Assembly (NCBI GenBank): GCA_018673915.1
Contig: JABHBK010000059.1
Span: 34,603 to 98,602, forward strand
DNA length: 64,000 nt
DNA from: Nitrospina sp.
GTDB taxonomy: Bacteria; Nitrospinota; Nitrospinia; Nitrospinales; VA-1
Direction: 5' to 3'
Shown here: positions 9,968-18,696 of the stretch, piece by piece
How the letters are laid out: the number at the start of each line of letters is the position of its first letter
Position numbering within the stretch: the stretch's first letter is position 1
The notes under the pieces: model-generated
Seen by the model: only the letters and a program-made list of their open reading frames with translations
What the model was told of the DNA's origin: nothing
The model's database searches: none
Program-made: the position numbers and the translations under genes

Positions 9968-11443
9968 TCAGCCTAATTCCTTGATAGGCTTTTGTAATAA
10001 AGGAAGTTGAAAGCGAAAAGTTGTTCCAATTCCTACTTCCGACTCAAATTCAATTGTCCCTTGATGCTTTTTAACTATGAGCGCATGAACAATAGCCAAT
10101 CCCTGGCCGGTTCCCTTACCAACATCTTTAGTCGTAAAAAAAGGGTCAAAAATATTTTGTTGAATACTTTCCGGTATTCCCCGGCCCGTATCAGACACCG
10201 AAATTTCCACCCATTTTCCCCGCAACTTGGTTGTGATGCTGATGGTTCCGCTTATTCCCTTATTGATTTCAGCTTTCTCCTTTATGGAATGTACCGCATT
10301 GATGATCAGGTTTAACATTACTTGATTGAAATCATTCAGATAACAAGGCACAAGCGGCAATGTCATATCCAGGCTTGTAACCATTTCGGCAAGGTATTTC
10401 CATTCGTTTCGAGAAACATTCAGGGTAGTATTTATTGCTCTATTGATATCACTGGGTCTTTTTTCGTCTGACCCTGGGTGGGAGAATTCCTTCAGGGCCT
10501 GAACAATTTTATTTACCCGGTCAATTCCTTCCAGTGATTGATTGATTGCCTCTGGAATTTCATCTGCAAGATAATCAAATTCCTTCTCTTTTCTACTTTT
10601 TTCAATAGCGTCCAATTGCTCAAGAGAAAACATACCGGTATTATTAAATTCAACCAACTTGATATATTCTTTAAACAAACTTAAAATATCAACAAATGAA
10701 TCCCTGAGAAACCGAGCATTGTCTCCTATGTATTGCAAAGGAGTATTAATTTCATGAGCGATTCCAGCAGCCATTTGCCCTATTGATTCCATCTTTTGCG
10801 CATGGTTTAGTTGAACCTGCATCAGCTTACGATTTGTAATATCTTCACCAATTCCCATGAGCCCGTTCAGTTTTCCATTGCTGTCATACCTTGGTGATAT
10901 GGCCAGATTCACCCAAATGTTTTCACCAGATTTAGTTTTTTCCTCAACTTCTGCGATCAGTCCAGTACCATCTTTAACAATTGATTGTATATGACTGGCA
11001 ATAACCTGTTTTGTTATTTCATTTGCATATAAGATTTCAATATCCTTTTTGCCGACCATTTCCTCTGCAGTATATCCAAGCATTCGTTCCGCACCTTTAT
11101 TCCAAAAGATTACTTTTCTATCAAGGTCGGTTGAAATAATGGATATATTGGTTGGGCTATTAAGAATATTGTTTAAAAATTCATTGATTTGCTGAATTTT
11201 TTCGCCGTCTTCATCTTTTATACTAATTTCATTTTTGTAACTCGCATTCTTAATAATCTGCCCGGCTAATTCAGCCACCTTTTCTGAAATATCCAAATCC
11301 TCGTTTATTCTCAAGTCCTGAAGTTCTTTTTCAGCAGCATCTAATTTGGACTGGAGTTCCTTTCTCTGTCCAGCGGCTTTAATGAACCCAAATGCCATTC
11401 CAGATAGCAACAACACCCCAAAAATTATTTCTATTTGATTCAT
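9968..11443 (-). CDS. Membrane-anchored PAS sensor histidine kinase
   Basis: 491 aa with an N-terminal TM segment, a coiled coil and a PAS region (IFWNKGAERMLGYTAEEMVGK). It has the H-box AHEINTPLQYI and HATPase N/G boxes (DTGRGIP, GTGQGLAI). Confidence 0.85.
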   Translation of the reverse strand: MNQIEIIFGVLLLSGMAFGFIKAAGQRKELQSKLDAAEKELQDLRINEDLDISEKVAELAGQIIKNASYKNEISIKDEDGEKIQQINEFLNNILNSPTNISIISTDLDRKVIFWNKGAERMLGYTAEEMVGKKDIEILYANEITKQVIASHIQSIVKDGTGLIAEVEEKTKSGENIWVNLAISPRYDSNGKLNGLMGIGEDITNRKLMQVQLNHAQKMESIGQMAAGIAHEINTPLQYIGDNARFLRDSFVDILSLFKEYIKLVEFNNTGMFSLEQLDAIEKSRKEKEFDYLADEIPEAINQSLEGIDRVNKIVQALKEFSHPGSDEKRPSDINRAINTTLNVSRNEWKYLAEMVTSLDMTLPLVPCYLNDFNQVMLNLIINAVHSIKEKAEINKGISGTISITTKLRGKWVEISVSDTGRGIPESIQQNIFDPFFTTKDVGKGTGQGLAIVHALIVKKHQGTIEFESEVGIGTTFRFQLPLLQKPIKELG

Positions 11444-11445
11444 TT

Positions 11446-12678
11446 TTAGGTTCCGTTGCCCGTCAGAACTTCTTCCGAGTCCAATTTTATTACAGGAATC
11501 TCAAGAGTGAATGTAGACCCCACCCCAATTTCACTTTCTACCAAGATATCTCCTCCCAGAAACTGTGCCAGGCTTTTACTAATAGCCAGGCCCAAACCTG
11601 CCCCCCCGTATCTCCGTGTGGAGGAAGAATCACCCTGCACAAATGGTTTAAAAAGACCATCAATCTGATCTCGAGTCATCCCAATTCCAGTATCCGAAAT
11701 TTCAAAATTGATAGTATCTTTGTTTGGCTTTCCTCTTATTACCGTAAAAGTAATTTGGCCTTTTGGAGTAAACTTTATCGCATTATTCATTAGATTAAGT
11801 AAAATTTGCTTTAGTTTTGCCCGATCCACAAATAAACTGGGACCTTCAAGATCTCCTTCATACGAAATGGTATCCTGTTCTTTTTCAGCCAACGGATGAA
11901 GAGTCATATCCAGTTCTCTCACCAACTCAGGAATATCAACACGGCCCAATTCTATTTCTATTTTTTCTGTTTCAAACCTTGAAAAACTTAAAATATCATC
12001 AATAAGTTGCAGCAAATGCCTCCCTGCCTTATTGATTATTTTTAATTCCCGCTCAATCTCTCCTCCCTCACTTTTTGGAAATGATTTTAATCCCAACAAA
12101 TCGCTAAAACCAATAATGGAGTTTAGCGGCGTCCTCAGCTCATGGCTTATATTATTTAGAAAAATACTTTTCGCCTTACTGGCCAACTCCGCCTCCTGTC
12201 GGGCTATCTCCAAATTTTTATTTGCCTCCACCAATTCTCTGGTCCTTTCATTTACCTTCTTCACAAGAGTAGCATTAAATTCTGTAATCTGATCCAAGTA
12301 CTCCTTTTCACGAAGAGAGCTGACCAAACGTGCTATAAGTTCTTCCGACTCAATGGGTTTGTTCAGAATATCTGCAGCTCCCAGACTTAATGCCCGACGT
12401 TTTAATTCCGCATCATTCCTTCCCGTGATCATAATTATTGGGATGGTGTGTGCTTGAACTCCATTTTTTAAATACTCCAACAATTCCATACCGCCTGTTC
12501 CCGGCATAAAAACATCAGAAATAATCACATCTATTTCATTCTCTCTTATTGTCTTAAACGCCTGAGATACACTTGTATTCAGAACCAATTCCCACTCCTG
12601 CTCGCGATGTCTTAATCGGCGAGCAATACTAGCCAGAAAATTTTGATCGTCATCCACAAAGAGCAGCTTTTTCCTCAT
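11446..12678 (-). CDS. Hybrid REC-histidine kinase (N-terminal receiver + HisKA + HATPase)
   Basis: REC shows LLFVDDD...ISDVFMPG..GG. The H-box is SHELRTPLNSI, followed by HATPase (DTGIGM, GGAGLGLAIS). I moved the start to ATG 12678, because the track's GTG at 12684 lies inside the SD AAAGAGGGTGACT. It lies 2 nt from the downstream kinase gene. Confidence 0.85.
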   Translation of the reverse strand: MRKKLLFVDDDQNFLASIARRLRHREQEWELVLNTSVSQAFKTIRENEIDVIISDVFMPGTGGMELLEYLKNGVQAHTIPIIMITGRNDAELKRRALSLGAADILNKPIESEELIARLVSSLREKEYLDQITEFNATLVKKVNERTRELVEANKNLEIARQEAELASKAKSIFLNNISHELRTPLNSIIGFSDLLGLKSFPKSEGGEIERELKIINKAGRHLLQLIDDILSFSRFETEKIEIELGRVDIPELVRELDMTLHPLAEKEQDTISYEGDLEGPSLFVDRAKLKQILLNLMNNAIKFTPKGQITFTVIRGKPNKDTINFEISDTGIGMTRDQIDGLFKPFVQGDSSSTRRYGGAGLGLAISKSLAQFLGGDILVESEIGVGSTFTLEIPVIKLDSEEVLTGNGT

Positions 12679-12750
12679 AGTCACCCTCTTTATATCAGCG
12701 AGGTTAGATAACTTTAATACCGGTAATAGAGATGGAGTATTTTCTCAGCC
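12317..12750 (-). repeat. Copy A of the duplicated REC module (coding part plus SD plus about 70 nt of leader)
   Basis: Aligns by eye with 12861-13297. A 39-nt identical run at 12500-12538 equals 13046-13084. Confidence 0.8.
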
Positions 12751-12828
12751 CATTTCAGCATTTCATTTGGCTTCACTAATCTCAGGCATTTCCATTTACT
12801 TTGGCCACCCGAGTTACATCAATCTTTG

Positions 12829-13224
12829 TTACTTAGTCTGGTGTTTTTCATTTGGATAAAGAGCACTAACCAAACTTGCTATAAGTTCCTCAGGCTCAAA
12901 AGGTTTCTTCAATAAATCTACAGCGCCCAGATTTATAGCCCGACGTTTCAATTCCTCATCATTTTTTCCGGTTATCATAATTATGGGAATCGTTTTCGTA
13001 TGAATTCCCTCTTTTAAAAACCCCAAAAATTCCATCCCCCCTGCTCCCGGCATAAAAACATCAGAAATAATCACATCTATTTCAGATTCTCTTATTTTCT
13101 GAAAAGCATCTAACACGCTTGTTGCCAGAATCATTTCCCACTCCTGCTCGCGAGATCTTAAACGTCGAACAATGCCCGCCAGGAAATTCTCATCATCATC
13201 CACAAAGAGCAGTTTTTTCTTCAT
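12829..13224 (-). CDS. Stand-alone CheY-like receiver protein (paralogue of the hybrid kinase REC)
   Basis: The start is at MKKKLLFVDDD, preceded by SD AAAGAGGGTGATT. By manual count it is about 70-75% identical to the N-terminus of the 11446-12678 product. Confidence 0.85.
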   Translation of the reverse strand: MKKKLLFVDDDENFLAGIVRRLRSREQEWEMILATSVLDAFQKIRESEIDVIISDVFMPGAGGMEFLGFLKEGIHTKTIPIIMITGKNDEELKRRAINLGAVDLLKKPFEPEELIASLVSALYPNEKHQTK

Positions 13225-13297
13225 AATCACCCTCTTTAAATTCAGCAAGGTTAGACAATTTTAATACCTGCAATTGAAATAGAGCAATTTCAAAGCC
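12861..13297 (-). repeat. Copy B of the duplicated REC module
   Basis: See copy A. It is offset by 546 nt, and the leader similarity extends past the start codon. Confidence 0.8.
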
Positions 13298-13434
13298 AAA
13301 CGAAAAAAATTCCTAACTACTCTTTATTAAAGGCGTTACAAATTAGGTGGGAACAGGGGGATTTCAATTATCAACGAGGATCCGTTTATTCAGTGATCTA
13401 AAAAACGGTTTTCCGTTAAAATCCCGAACAAAAT

Positions 13435-14805
13435 CTAGATATAATTTTCTCGCTGGAATCCAAATTTTTTCATCTTGTCGCGGAGAGTCTGGCGGGGGAT
13501 TTGGAGAGCATTTAGTGTTTTATTAATATTACCTTTACTGCGGATCAATTCATTTTCAATCAATTTTTTCTCATATTCGGAGACTTTTTTAGACAGGGTC
13601 AGCCCATCCAATGCTATTGCTTGGGTTGAATCTGCAGTTCCATGAATTGCCGGGGCACTCATGAAATCATCGGTCATTCCAAGAGCATATTTTTCCGCTT
13701 CATTTTTTAATTCACGGATATTGCCCTCCCATGGGGATTCAATTAGGCGGCTATAATATTTACTGGATATGACTGAAGGTTTTTTATTATGGTTTTTGCA
13801 ACATTGTTCTACGAAGTACTGAAACAAAAGAGGAATATCCTCTTTACGTTCCCTTAGTGGAGGAAGGCAAACCTGAATCACATTTAATCGGTAAAAAAGA
13901 TCCAATCTAAATTGACCTCTATCGCAGGCATCTTTTAAATCAACCTTGGTAGCAGCAATCACTCTAATATTTATAGGAATTAGTTTATTGGAACCCATTC
14001 TTTCAACAACTCTTTCCTGTAAAACACGCAACAATTTTACCTGCATATTGAGCGGCATACTTTCAATTTCGTCCAGAAAAACAGTTCCTTGATTGGCAAA
14101 TTCAAATTTCCCAATACGTTTCTGATCTGCTCCGGTAAATGCCCCCGCTTCATGCCCAAAAAGTTCACTTTCAAAAATTGCTTCCGGAATCGCTCCACAA
14201 TTTATGGCCACAAAAGGTTGATCCCGCCTTTGACTTTGGTTATGCAAACACCGGGCGACCAAATCCTTACCCGTTCCCGTTTCACCACAAATCAGAATAT
14301 CTGACTGCGAATCCGCAACATTTCGTATGATCTTCCTAAGTTGTTCCATGGACGGAGAAGTACCCATTAATGTCAATGAACTTTGATCGTAGCTGGCAAT
14401 TTGGGCACGAAGCTTTCTTAACTCCAAAACAAAACGTCGCTTTTCCAACGCATGTTCCATAACTTTTTGAAGCGATTCCATTTCAACGGGTTTTTCCAGA
14501 AAGTCATACGCCCCATCTCTTATAGCTTCAACCGCCATTGGAATGTCTCCTCTGCCGGTGACAAGAACCACAGGAAGATCCGGATCAAAATATTTCACTT
14601 TTTTCATTACAGTTAATCCATCTATTCCAGGCATCATAATATCTGTCACCACGATACCCGGCCAATCGCTTGTCAGGTCGGAAAGAGCCTTTTGAGCAGA
14701 ATCATAGATTTCTATTTCCAAGCCCAATCGCTTCAGGCTTCTTTTATAGGACTGTCCTAATTTCTGGTCATCATCAACCATCATTATTTTGCCACATGTA
14801 TTCAT
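13435..14805 (-). CDS. Sigma-54-dependent (NtrC-family) response regulator
   Basis: 456 aa combining REC (MMVDDD...DIMMPGIDG) and an AAA+ domain. The AAA+ domain has Walker A GETGTGK and the GAFTGA loop (EAGAFTGA). A C-terminal Fis-type HTH is present. Confidence 0.9.
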   Translation of the reverse strand: MNTCGKIMMVDDDQKLGQSYKRSLKRLGLEIEIYDSAQKALSDLTSDWPGIVVTDIMMPGIDGLTVMKKVKYFDPDLPVVLVTGRGDIPMAVEAIRDGAYDFLEKPVEMESLQKVMEHALEKRRFVLELRKLRAQIASYDQSSLTLMGTSPSMEQLRKIIRNVADSQSDILICGETGTGKDLVARCLHNQSQRRDQPFVAINCGAIPEAIFESELFGHEAGAFTGADQKRIGKFEFANQGTVFLDEIESMPLNMQVKLLRVLQERVVERMGSNKLIPINIRVIAATKVDLKDACDRGQFRLDLFYRLNVIQVCLPPLRERKEDIPLLFQYFVEQCCKNHNKKPSVISSKYYSRLIESPWEGNIRELKNEAEKYALGMTDDFMSAPAIHGTADSTQAIALDGLTLSKKVSEYEKKLIENELIRSKGNINKTLNALQIPRQTLRDKMKKFGFQRENYI

Positions 14806-14971
14806 ATTGCCTCATTTTCCTATTGATGCAAATCGATCATGTATTATGCCTATCTCTAACTATAAACAGGTGCCAAGCATTAAAATGTTACAGTTTGGAA
14901 AACTTTTTAATGCTATTAATAAGCCATCAATTTTTCAATGATTTTAATAACATAATTTTTACAAAAGATGT

Positions 14972-15011
14972 CCTGATTCCCCCCATCTTCTATCAACTAT
15001 CGGGAATCAGG
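14972..15011 (-). terminator. Hairpin downstream of the PNPOx-family gene
   Basis: Perfect 10-bp stem CCTGATTCCC / GGGAATCAGG with a 20-nt loop, 18 nt after the stop. On the minus strand it is followed by ACATCTTTTG, a weak U-tract. Confidence 0.45.
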
Positions 15012-15028
15012 CTTGGGCAATCTGTGCT

Positions 15029-15574
15029 TCAATCGTTGAAAATTTTGGTGGGTTTGCCGTCAATACTAGTTTGATTGTTTTTCTTCCAGTACTTTTTGAC
15101 CCCTTCATCACCAATTTTTTCTGTCCATTGAACAAGGTCTTCCCGATCCTGCTTGTATTGATAATTGGGGACCGCGAAGCCACAGGAGGTCTGTGCCGAT
15201 TCGACATCGAGCAAAAATATCTGCCGCGAGCCGGGGTATTCCGGGAACAATTTGATCCAGTTCTCCCACTCATCATCTCTGGGGTGTATGGCCCGGGCTT
15301 TTCCGTAAACTCTTAATATCCACGGTTTCCCCTCAAACGCACAGAACATGAGGGTCATGCGAGGTTGCTCCAGCAAGTGAGCGGTGGTTTCGTTGCCACT
15401 CCCTGTAAGGTTGAGCCATATCAACTGGTTGGAGTTAAGGACTTTAAGACTGTCCATACCCTTTGGGGATACATTGACCCGGCCTTCAGAAGCGGCAGTG
15501 CCGACAAAGAATATTTTCTGGCCAGCAATAAATTCCTGCAGTTTATTATCCAGTTCCGTATAGAATTTAGCCAA
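15029..15574 (-). CDS. Pyridoxamine 5'-phosphate oxidase-family FMN-binding protein
   Basis: 181 aa with the split-barrel family pattern (FFVGTAASEGRVNVSPKG...LTGSGNET). Confidence 0.65.
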   Translation of the reverse strand: MAKFYTELDNKLQEFIAGQKIFFVGTAASEGRVNVSPKGMDSLKVLNSNQLIWLNLTGSGNETTAHLLEQPRMTLMFCAFEGKPWILRVYGKARAIHPRDDEWENWIKLFPEYPGSRQIFLLDVESAQTSCGFAVPNYQYKQDREDLVQWTEKIGDEGVKKYWKKNNQTSIDGKPTKIFND

Positions 15575-15660
15575 AGTTTAGTGAACCCCCTGTCAAAAAT
15601 AATGTAAAATTAAGCTAACTCATTTAACGGTTAAAATCCATACAGAAACTCGAAAACCGC

Positions 15661-16299
15661 ATGCTTAAAGTCAACGAAATCTATGCCAGCATTCAGGGGG
15701 AATCGTCTCACACTGGCCTGCCCTGTGTTTTTATCCGTTTAACGGGATGCAACCTGCGTTGTTCATGGTGTGACACCGCCTATGCATTTCATGACGGCAA
15801 AAATCTTACTTTGGCGCAAACCCTGGAGCAGGTGGAAACCTTCAATTTACCACTGGTCGAAATCACGGGTGGAGAACCTTTAATGCAGGAAGAAGTTTAT
15901 CCGCTTATGGAATCACTCCTGAAAAAGGGATATCGCGTTATGTTGGAAACAGGAGGGTCTCTATCGATTGACAAAGTCCCGGAAAAAGTAATAAAAATTC
16001 TCGACATTAAATGTCCCGGTAGCGGTGAGGAAAAAAAGAATCATCTTGAGAATCTAAAGCACCTTTCCCCGCACGATGAAATCAAGTTCGTTCTTCTTGA
16101 TCGCACTGACTATGAATGGAGCCGCAGTTTGATGCAAAAACATGATCTGGCCTCCTTTACGCAGGTATTATTTTCCCCGGTTTATGACAAGCTTGACTTG
16201 AAAGATCTCTCACAATGGATACTTGAAGACCAGCTACCGGTTCGCCTGCAAACCCAACTTCACAAAGTCATCTGGAGCAAAGATGCCATCGGTGTGTGA
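15661..16299 (+). CDS. queE: 7-carboxy-7-deazaguanine synthase QueE (radical SAM)
   Basis: 212 aa. The N-terminal IQGES..G.PCVFIRLTGCNLRCSWCDT is the QueE cluster motif. Confidence 0.9.
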   Translation: MLKVNEIYASIQGESSHTGLPCVFIRLTGCNLRCSWCDTAYAFHDGKNLTLAQTLEQVETFNLPLVEITGGEPLMQEEVYPLMESLLKKGYRVMLETGGSLSIDKVPEKVIKILDIKCPGSGEEKKNHLENLKHLSPHDEIKFVLLDRTDYEWSRSLMQKHDLASFTQVLFSPVYDKLDLKDLSQWILEDQLPVRLQTQLHKVIWSKDAIGV

Positions 16300-17405
16300 C
16301 CGGTAGCATGCCCCCCCGCTTTTCTCCTAAAACTTTGCAACGACAATTGCTGAACTGGTATGAAGAAGAAAAACGTGAGATGCCCTGGCGGAATAACCGG
16401 GATCCCTATCGCATTCTCGTGTCAGAGTTCATGTTGCAACAGACTCAGGTAAAGACGGTCATTCCGTATTTTGAACGTTGGATAAAATCTTTTCCCACTT
16501 TGCAAAAACTGGCACAGGCTCGGGAGTCCACAGTATTAAAACACTGGGAGGGGCTGGGTTATTATTCCCGCGCCCGCAATTTGAGGAAAACCGCACAAAT
16601 AATCCAACAGGAATACTCAGGAAAAGTTCCGGAATCCTTGAGTGAAATCATGAAACTTCCCGGAGTCGGTCGTTACACAGCCGGTGCTGTCCTCAGCATT
16701 GCTTTCGACCAAAGGGTTCCCGTACTCGATGGAAATGTCAAAAGAGTTTTGTCACGGATTTTTCTGCTCAAGGAAAACGGAGGTAATCGCAAATCAGAAA
16801 ATGTATTGTGGGAAGTCATGCAGAACCTTCTCCCAAAAATGGAAACCGGCAATTTCAATCAGGCTTTTATGGAACTGGGCGCTACGGTATGCCTCCCGAA
16901 AAAACCCCTCTGCCTTCTTTGCCCCCTGAAGCGAACCTGCCAGGCACAGGAATCGGGAAAGCAAAATCATTACCCACCTCGCAAACAGCCCCCGCCTTCT
17001 TCCAAAATTGAAGTCAGCGCGGGAGTCATCCTCCGTCGAAATAAAATCTTTATTCAAAAGAGAAAGACAGGTGGGCTGATGGGAGGACTATGGGAGTTCC
17101 CCGGAGGAAAATTTGAACCAGGAGAATCTCCGGAACAATGTCTGCATCGTGAAATTCAGGAAGAGTTAGGGGTGACTCTTCATATTGATGAAAAACTTAT
17201 GGTGGTCAAACACAGCTACACCCGGTTCCGAGTCACTCTGCATGTTTTCTTTTGCAGGATCCGTTCTGGCCGACTTTCACCTACCGCTTGCGAGGAATGG
17301 GATTGGGTGAAAATGGAAGAATTGGAAACGTATCCCTTTCCAGCAGCAAATGTTAAAATTATAAAGAGATTGATGACCACTAGAGGTAGGGCCAGTAGCA
17401 CGTGA
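16296..17405 (+). CDS. mutY: A/G-specific adenine DNA glycosylase MutY
   Basis: 369 aa with an HhH-GPD domain (LPGVGRYTAGAV) and a 4Fe-4S loop (CLPKKPLCLLCPLKRTC). The C-terminal domain is NUDIX-like. The start is GTG 16296, overlapping the queE stop (GTGTGA), or ATG 16308. Confidence 0.9.
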   Translation: MTGSMPPRFSPKTLQRQLLNWYEEEKREMPWRNNRDPYRILVSEFMLQQTQVKTVIPYFERWIKSFPTLQKLAQARESTVLKHWEGLGYYSRARNLRKTAQIIQQEYSGKVPESLSEIMKLPGVGRYTAGAVLSIAFDQRVPVLDGNVKRVLSRIFLLKENGGNRKSENVLWEVMQNLLPKMETGNFNQAFMELGATVCLPKKPLCLLCPLKRTCQAQESGKQNHYPPRKQPPPSSKIEVSAGVILRRNKIFIQKRKTGGLMGGLWEFPGGKFEPGESPEQCLHREIQEELGVTLHIDEKLMVVKHSYTRFRVTLHVFFCRIRSGRLSPTACEEWDWVKMEELETYPFPAANVKIIKRLMTTRGRASST

Positions 17406-17509
17406 TATTTCTTCATTAGCATTCATGCCCTGAAAGGGTACAACATGCCCTTGCCCAGCACCTTTTTCTGCCAAGGGGCCAGCATTACGCTGGCGCATTT
17501 GAAAAGACT

Positions 17510-18628
17510 ATGACCCCAGGAATCCGAGCCATTGTTGTTGGCATGATTGCCAACATTCTACTTTCCCTTTTTAAATTTGCAGGAGGGATATTAGGAAACA
17601 GTGTGGCTTTAGTGGCCGATGCCATCCACTCCCTTTCCGATCTGGTGACAGATATTATCGTCCTGTTCACCCACCGAATCGGGCAAATGCCGCAGGATGA
17701 AGACCACCCCTATGGGCATGGGCGTGCGGAAACAATTGGAGCCGCCATCATTGGCCTGCTAATCATTGCCACTGGCATCGGGGTCATCCATGAAACCTGG
17801 GAAACAATGTCTGACAACCCCGGTAAAGCACCAGGTTTACTAGCAGCTTCCGCCGCCGTACTTTCCATTCTCATCAACGAAGGACTTTTTCATTATTCCC
17901 TCCGTGTAGGGAAGACCACACAAAGTCCTTCTTTAATCGCCAATGCCTGGCACCACAGAACCGATGCCATTTCTTCTATCGCCGCACTCATAGGGATTGT
18001 CGGGGCCTCACAGGGATTTGCTTTCATGGACCCTCTAGCAGGAGCTATAGTCGGTTGCATGATCGTAAAGGTCGGCATAGACATAGCCCGACAGGGAATG
18101 CGGGACTTGATGGATACTGCTCTGAGCGATGAGCACACAAAACAAATCCATTCCATTTTAAAAGAAATCCCCGAGGTTCTTCATTTTCATGATTTGCGCA
18201 CCCGAGTCATAGGTGGGGAGTTCCTCATCGACGTGCATATCCTTGTCGATCCTGAAATGACAGTCACTGAAGGCCACCGAATAGCCGAAATCGCGCGACG
18301 CAATCTCATCAACGCCATCCACAATATTCAGGATGTTCTGGTTCATGTCGATGGCGAACACGATACAGATGTCGAAGGCATCTACCCCGTAACGAGAAAA
18401 GAGCTGATCGATATTACACGACCAATAATTTCAGAATTGGGTATTTCACCACCCGAAATTCGGGTGCATCATATCAAGGGAAAGAATATTGTGGATGTTT
18501 TTATAAAGATCGATTCGAAGCAAGACATGGAGGCTTCCCGCTCTTTGGTCGCAAACATTAAGTCCAAACTTGAGACCACCCCTCAAATTGATCAAGCGCG
18601 GGTATTTCTGGATCTTAATGCGGAATGA
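17510..18628 (+). CDS. Cation diffusion facilitator (CDF) transporter with an extra C-terminal domain
   Basis: 372 aa with 6 TM segments, HSLSD and HHRTD metal-site motifs and a cytoplasmic ZT_dimer-like domain. A second, similar domain of about 85 aa follows. Confidence 0.85.
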   Translation: MTPGIRAIVVGMIANILLSLFKFAGGILGNSVALVADAIHSLSDLVTDIIVLFTHRIGQMPQDEDHPYGHGRAETIGAAIIGLLIIATGIGVIHETWETMSDNPGKAPGLLAASAAVLSILINEGLFHYSLRVGKTTQSPSLIANAWHHRTDAISSIAALIGIVGASQGFAFMDPLAGAIVGCMIVKVGIDIARQGMRDLMDTALSDEHTKQIHSILKEIPEVLHFHDLRTRVIGGEFLIDVHILVDPEMTVTEGHRIAEIARRNLINAIHNIQDVLVHVDGEHDTDVEGIYPVTRKELIDITRPIISELGISPPEIRVHHIKGKNIVDVFIKIDSKQDMEASRSLVANIKSKLETTPQIDQARVFLDLNAE

Positions 18629-18666
18629 GCAAAAGCACATTAAGCTGAGGGAGGAACGTCGCGACC

Positions 18667-18686
18667 GCTAGCAACGTTGTTCTCGG
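18667..18686 (-). repeat. Copy of the dispersed 20-nt intergenic box (CCGAGAACAACGTTGCTAGC on the minus strand)
   Basis: Matches the boxes at 52019-52038, 52692-52711 and 62684-62705. Confidence 0.6.
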
Positions 18687-18696
18687 ACCAATGGGC

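Noticed and set aside
14861-14877. A possible sigma-54 promoter (minus strand, TGGCAC-CTGTT-TATAG) upstream of the NtrC-type regulator.
   Set aside because: The -24 GG element is present, but the -12 GC element is missing at the required spacing.
15575-15660. A possible preQ1 riboswitch in the leader of queE.
   Set aside because: Only a CCCCC...AAAAATAA stretch is present. I could not fit the conserved preQ1-I or preQ1-II stem/pseudoknot features, and the element sits about 50 nt from the start codon.
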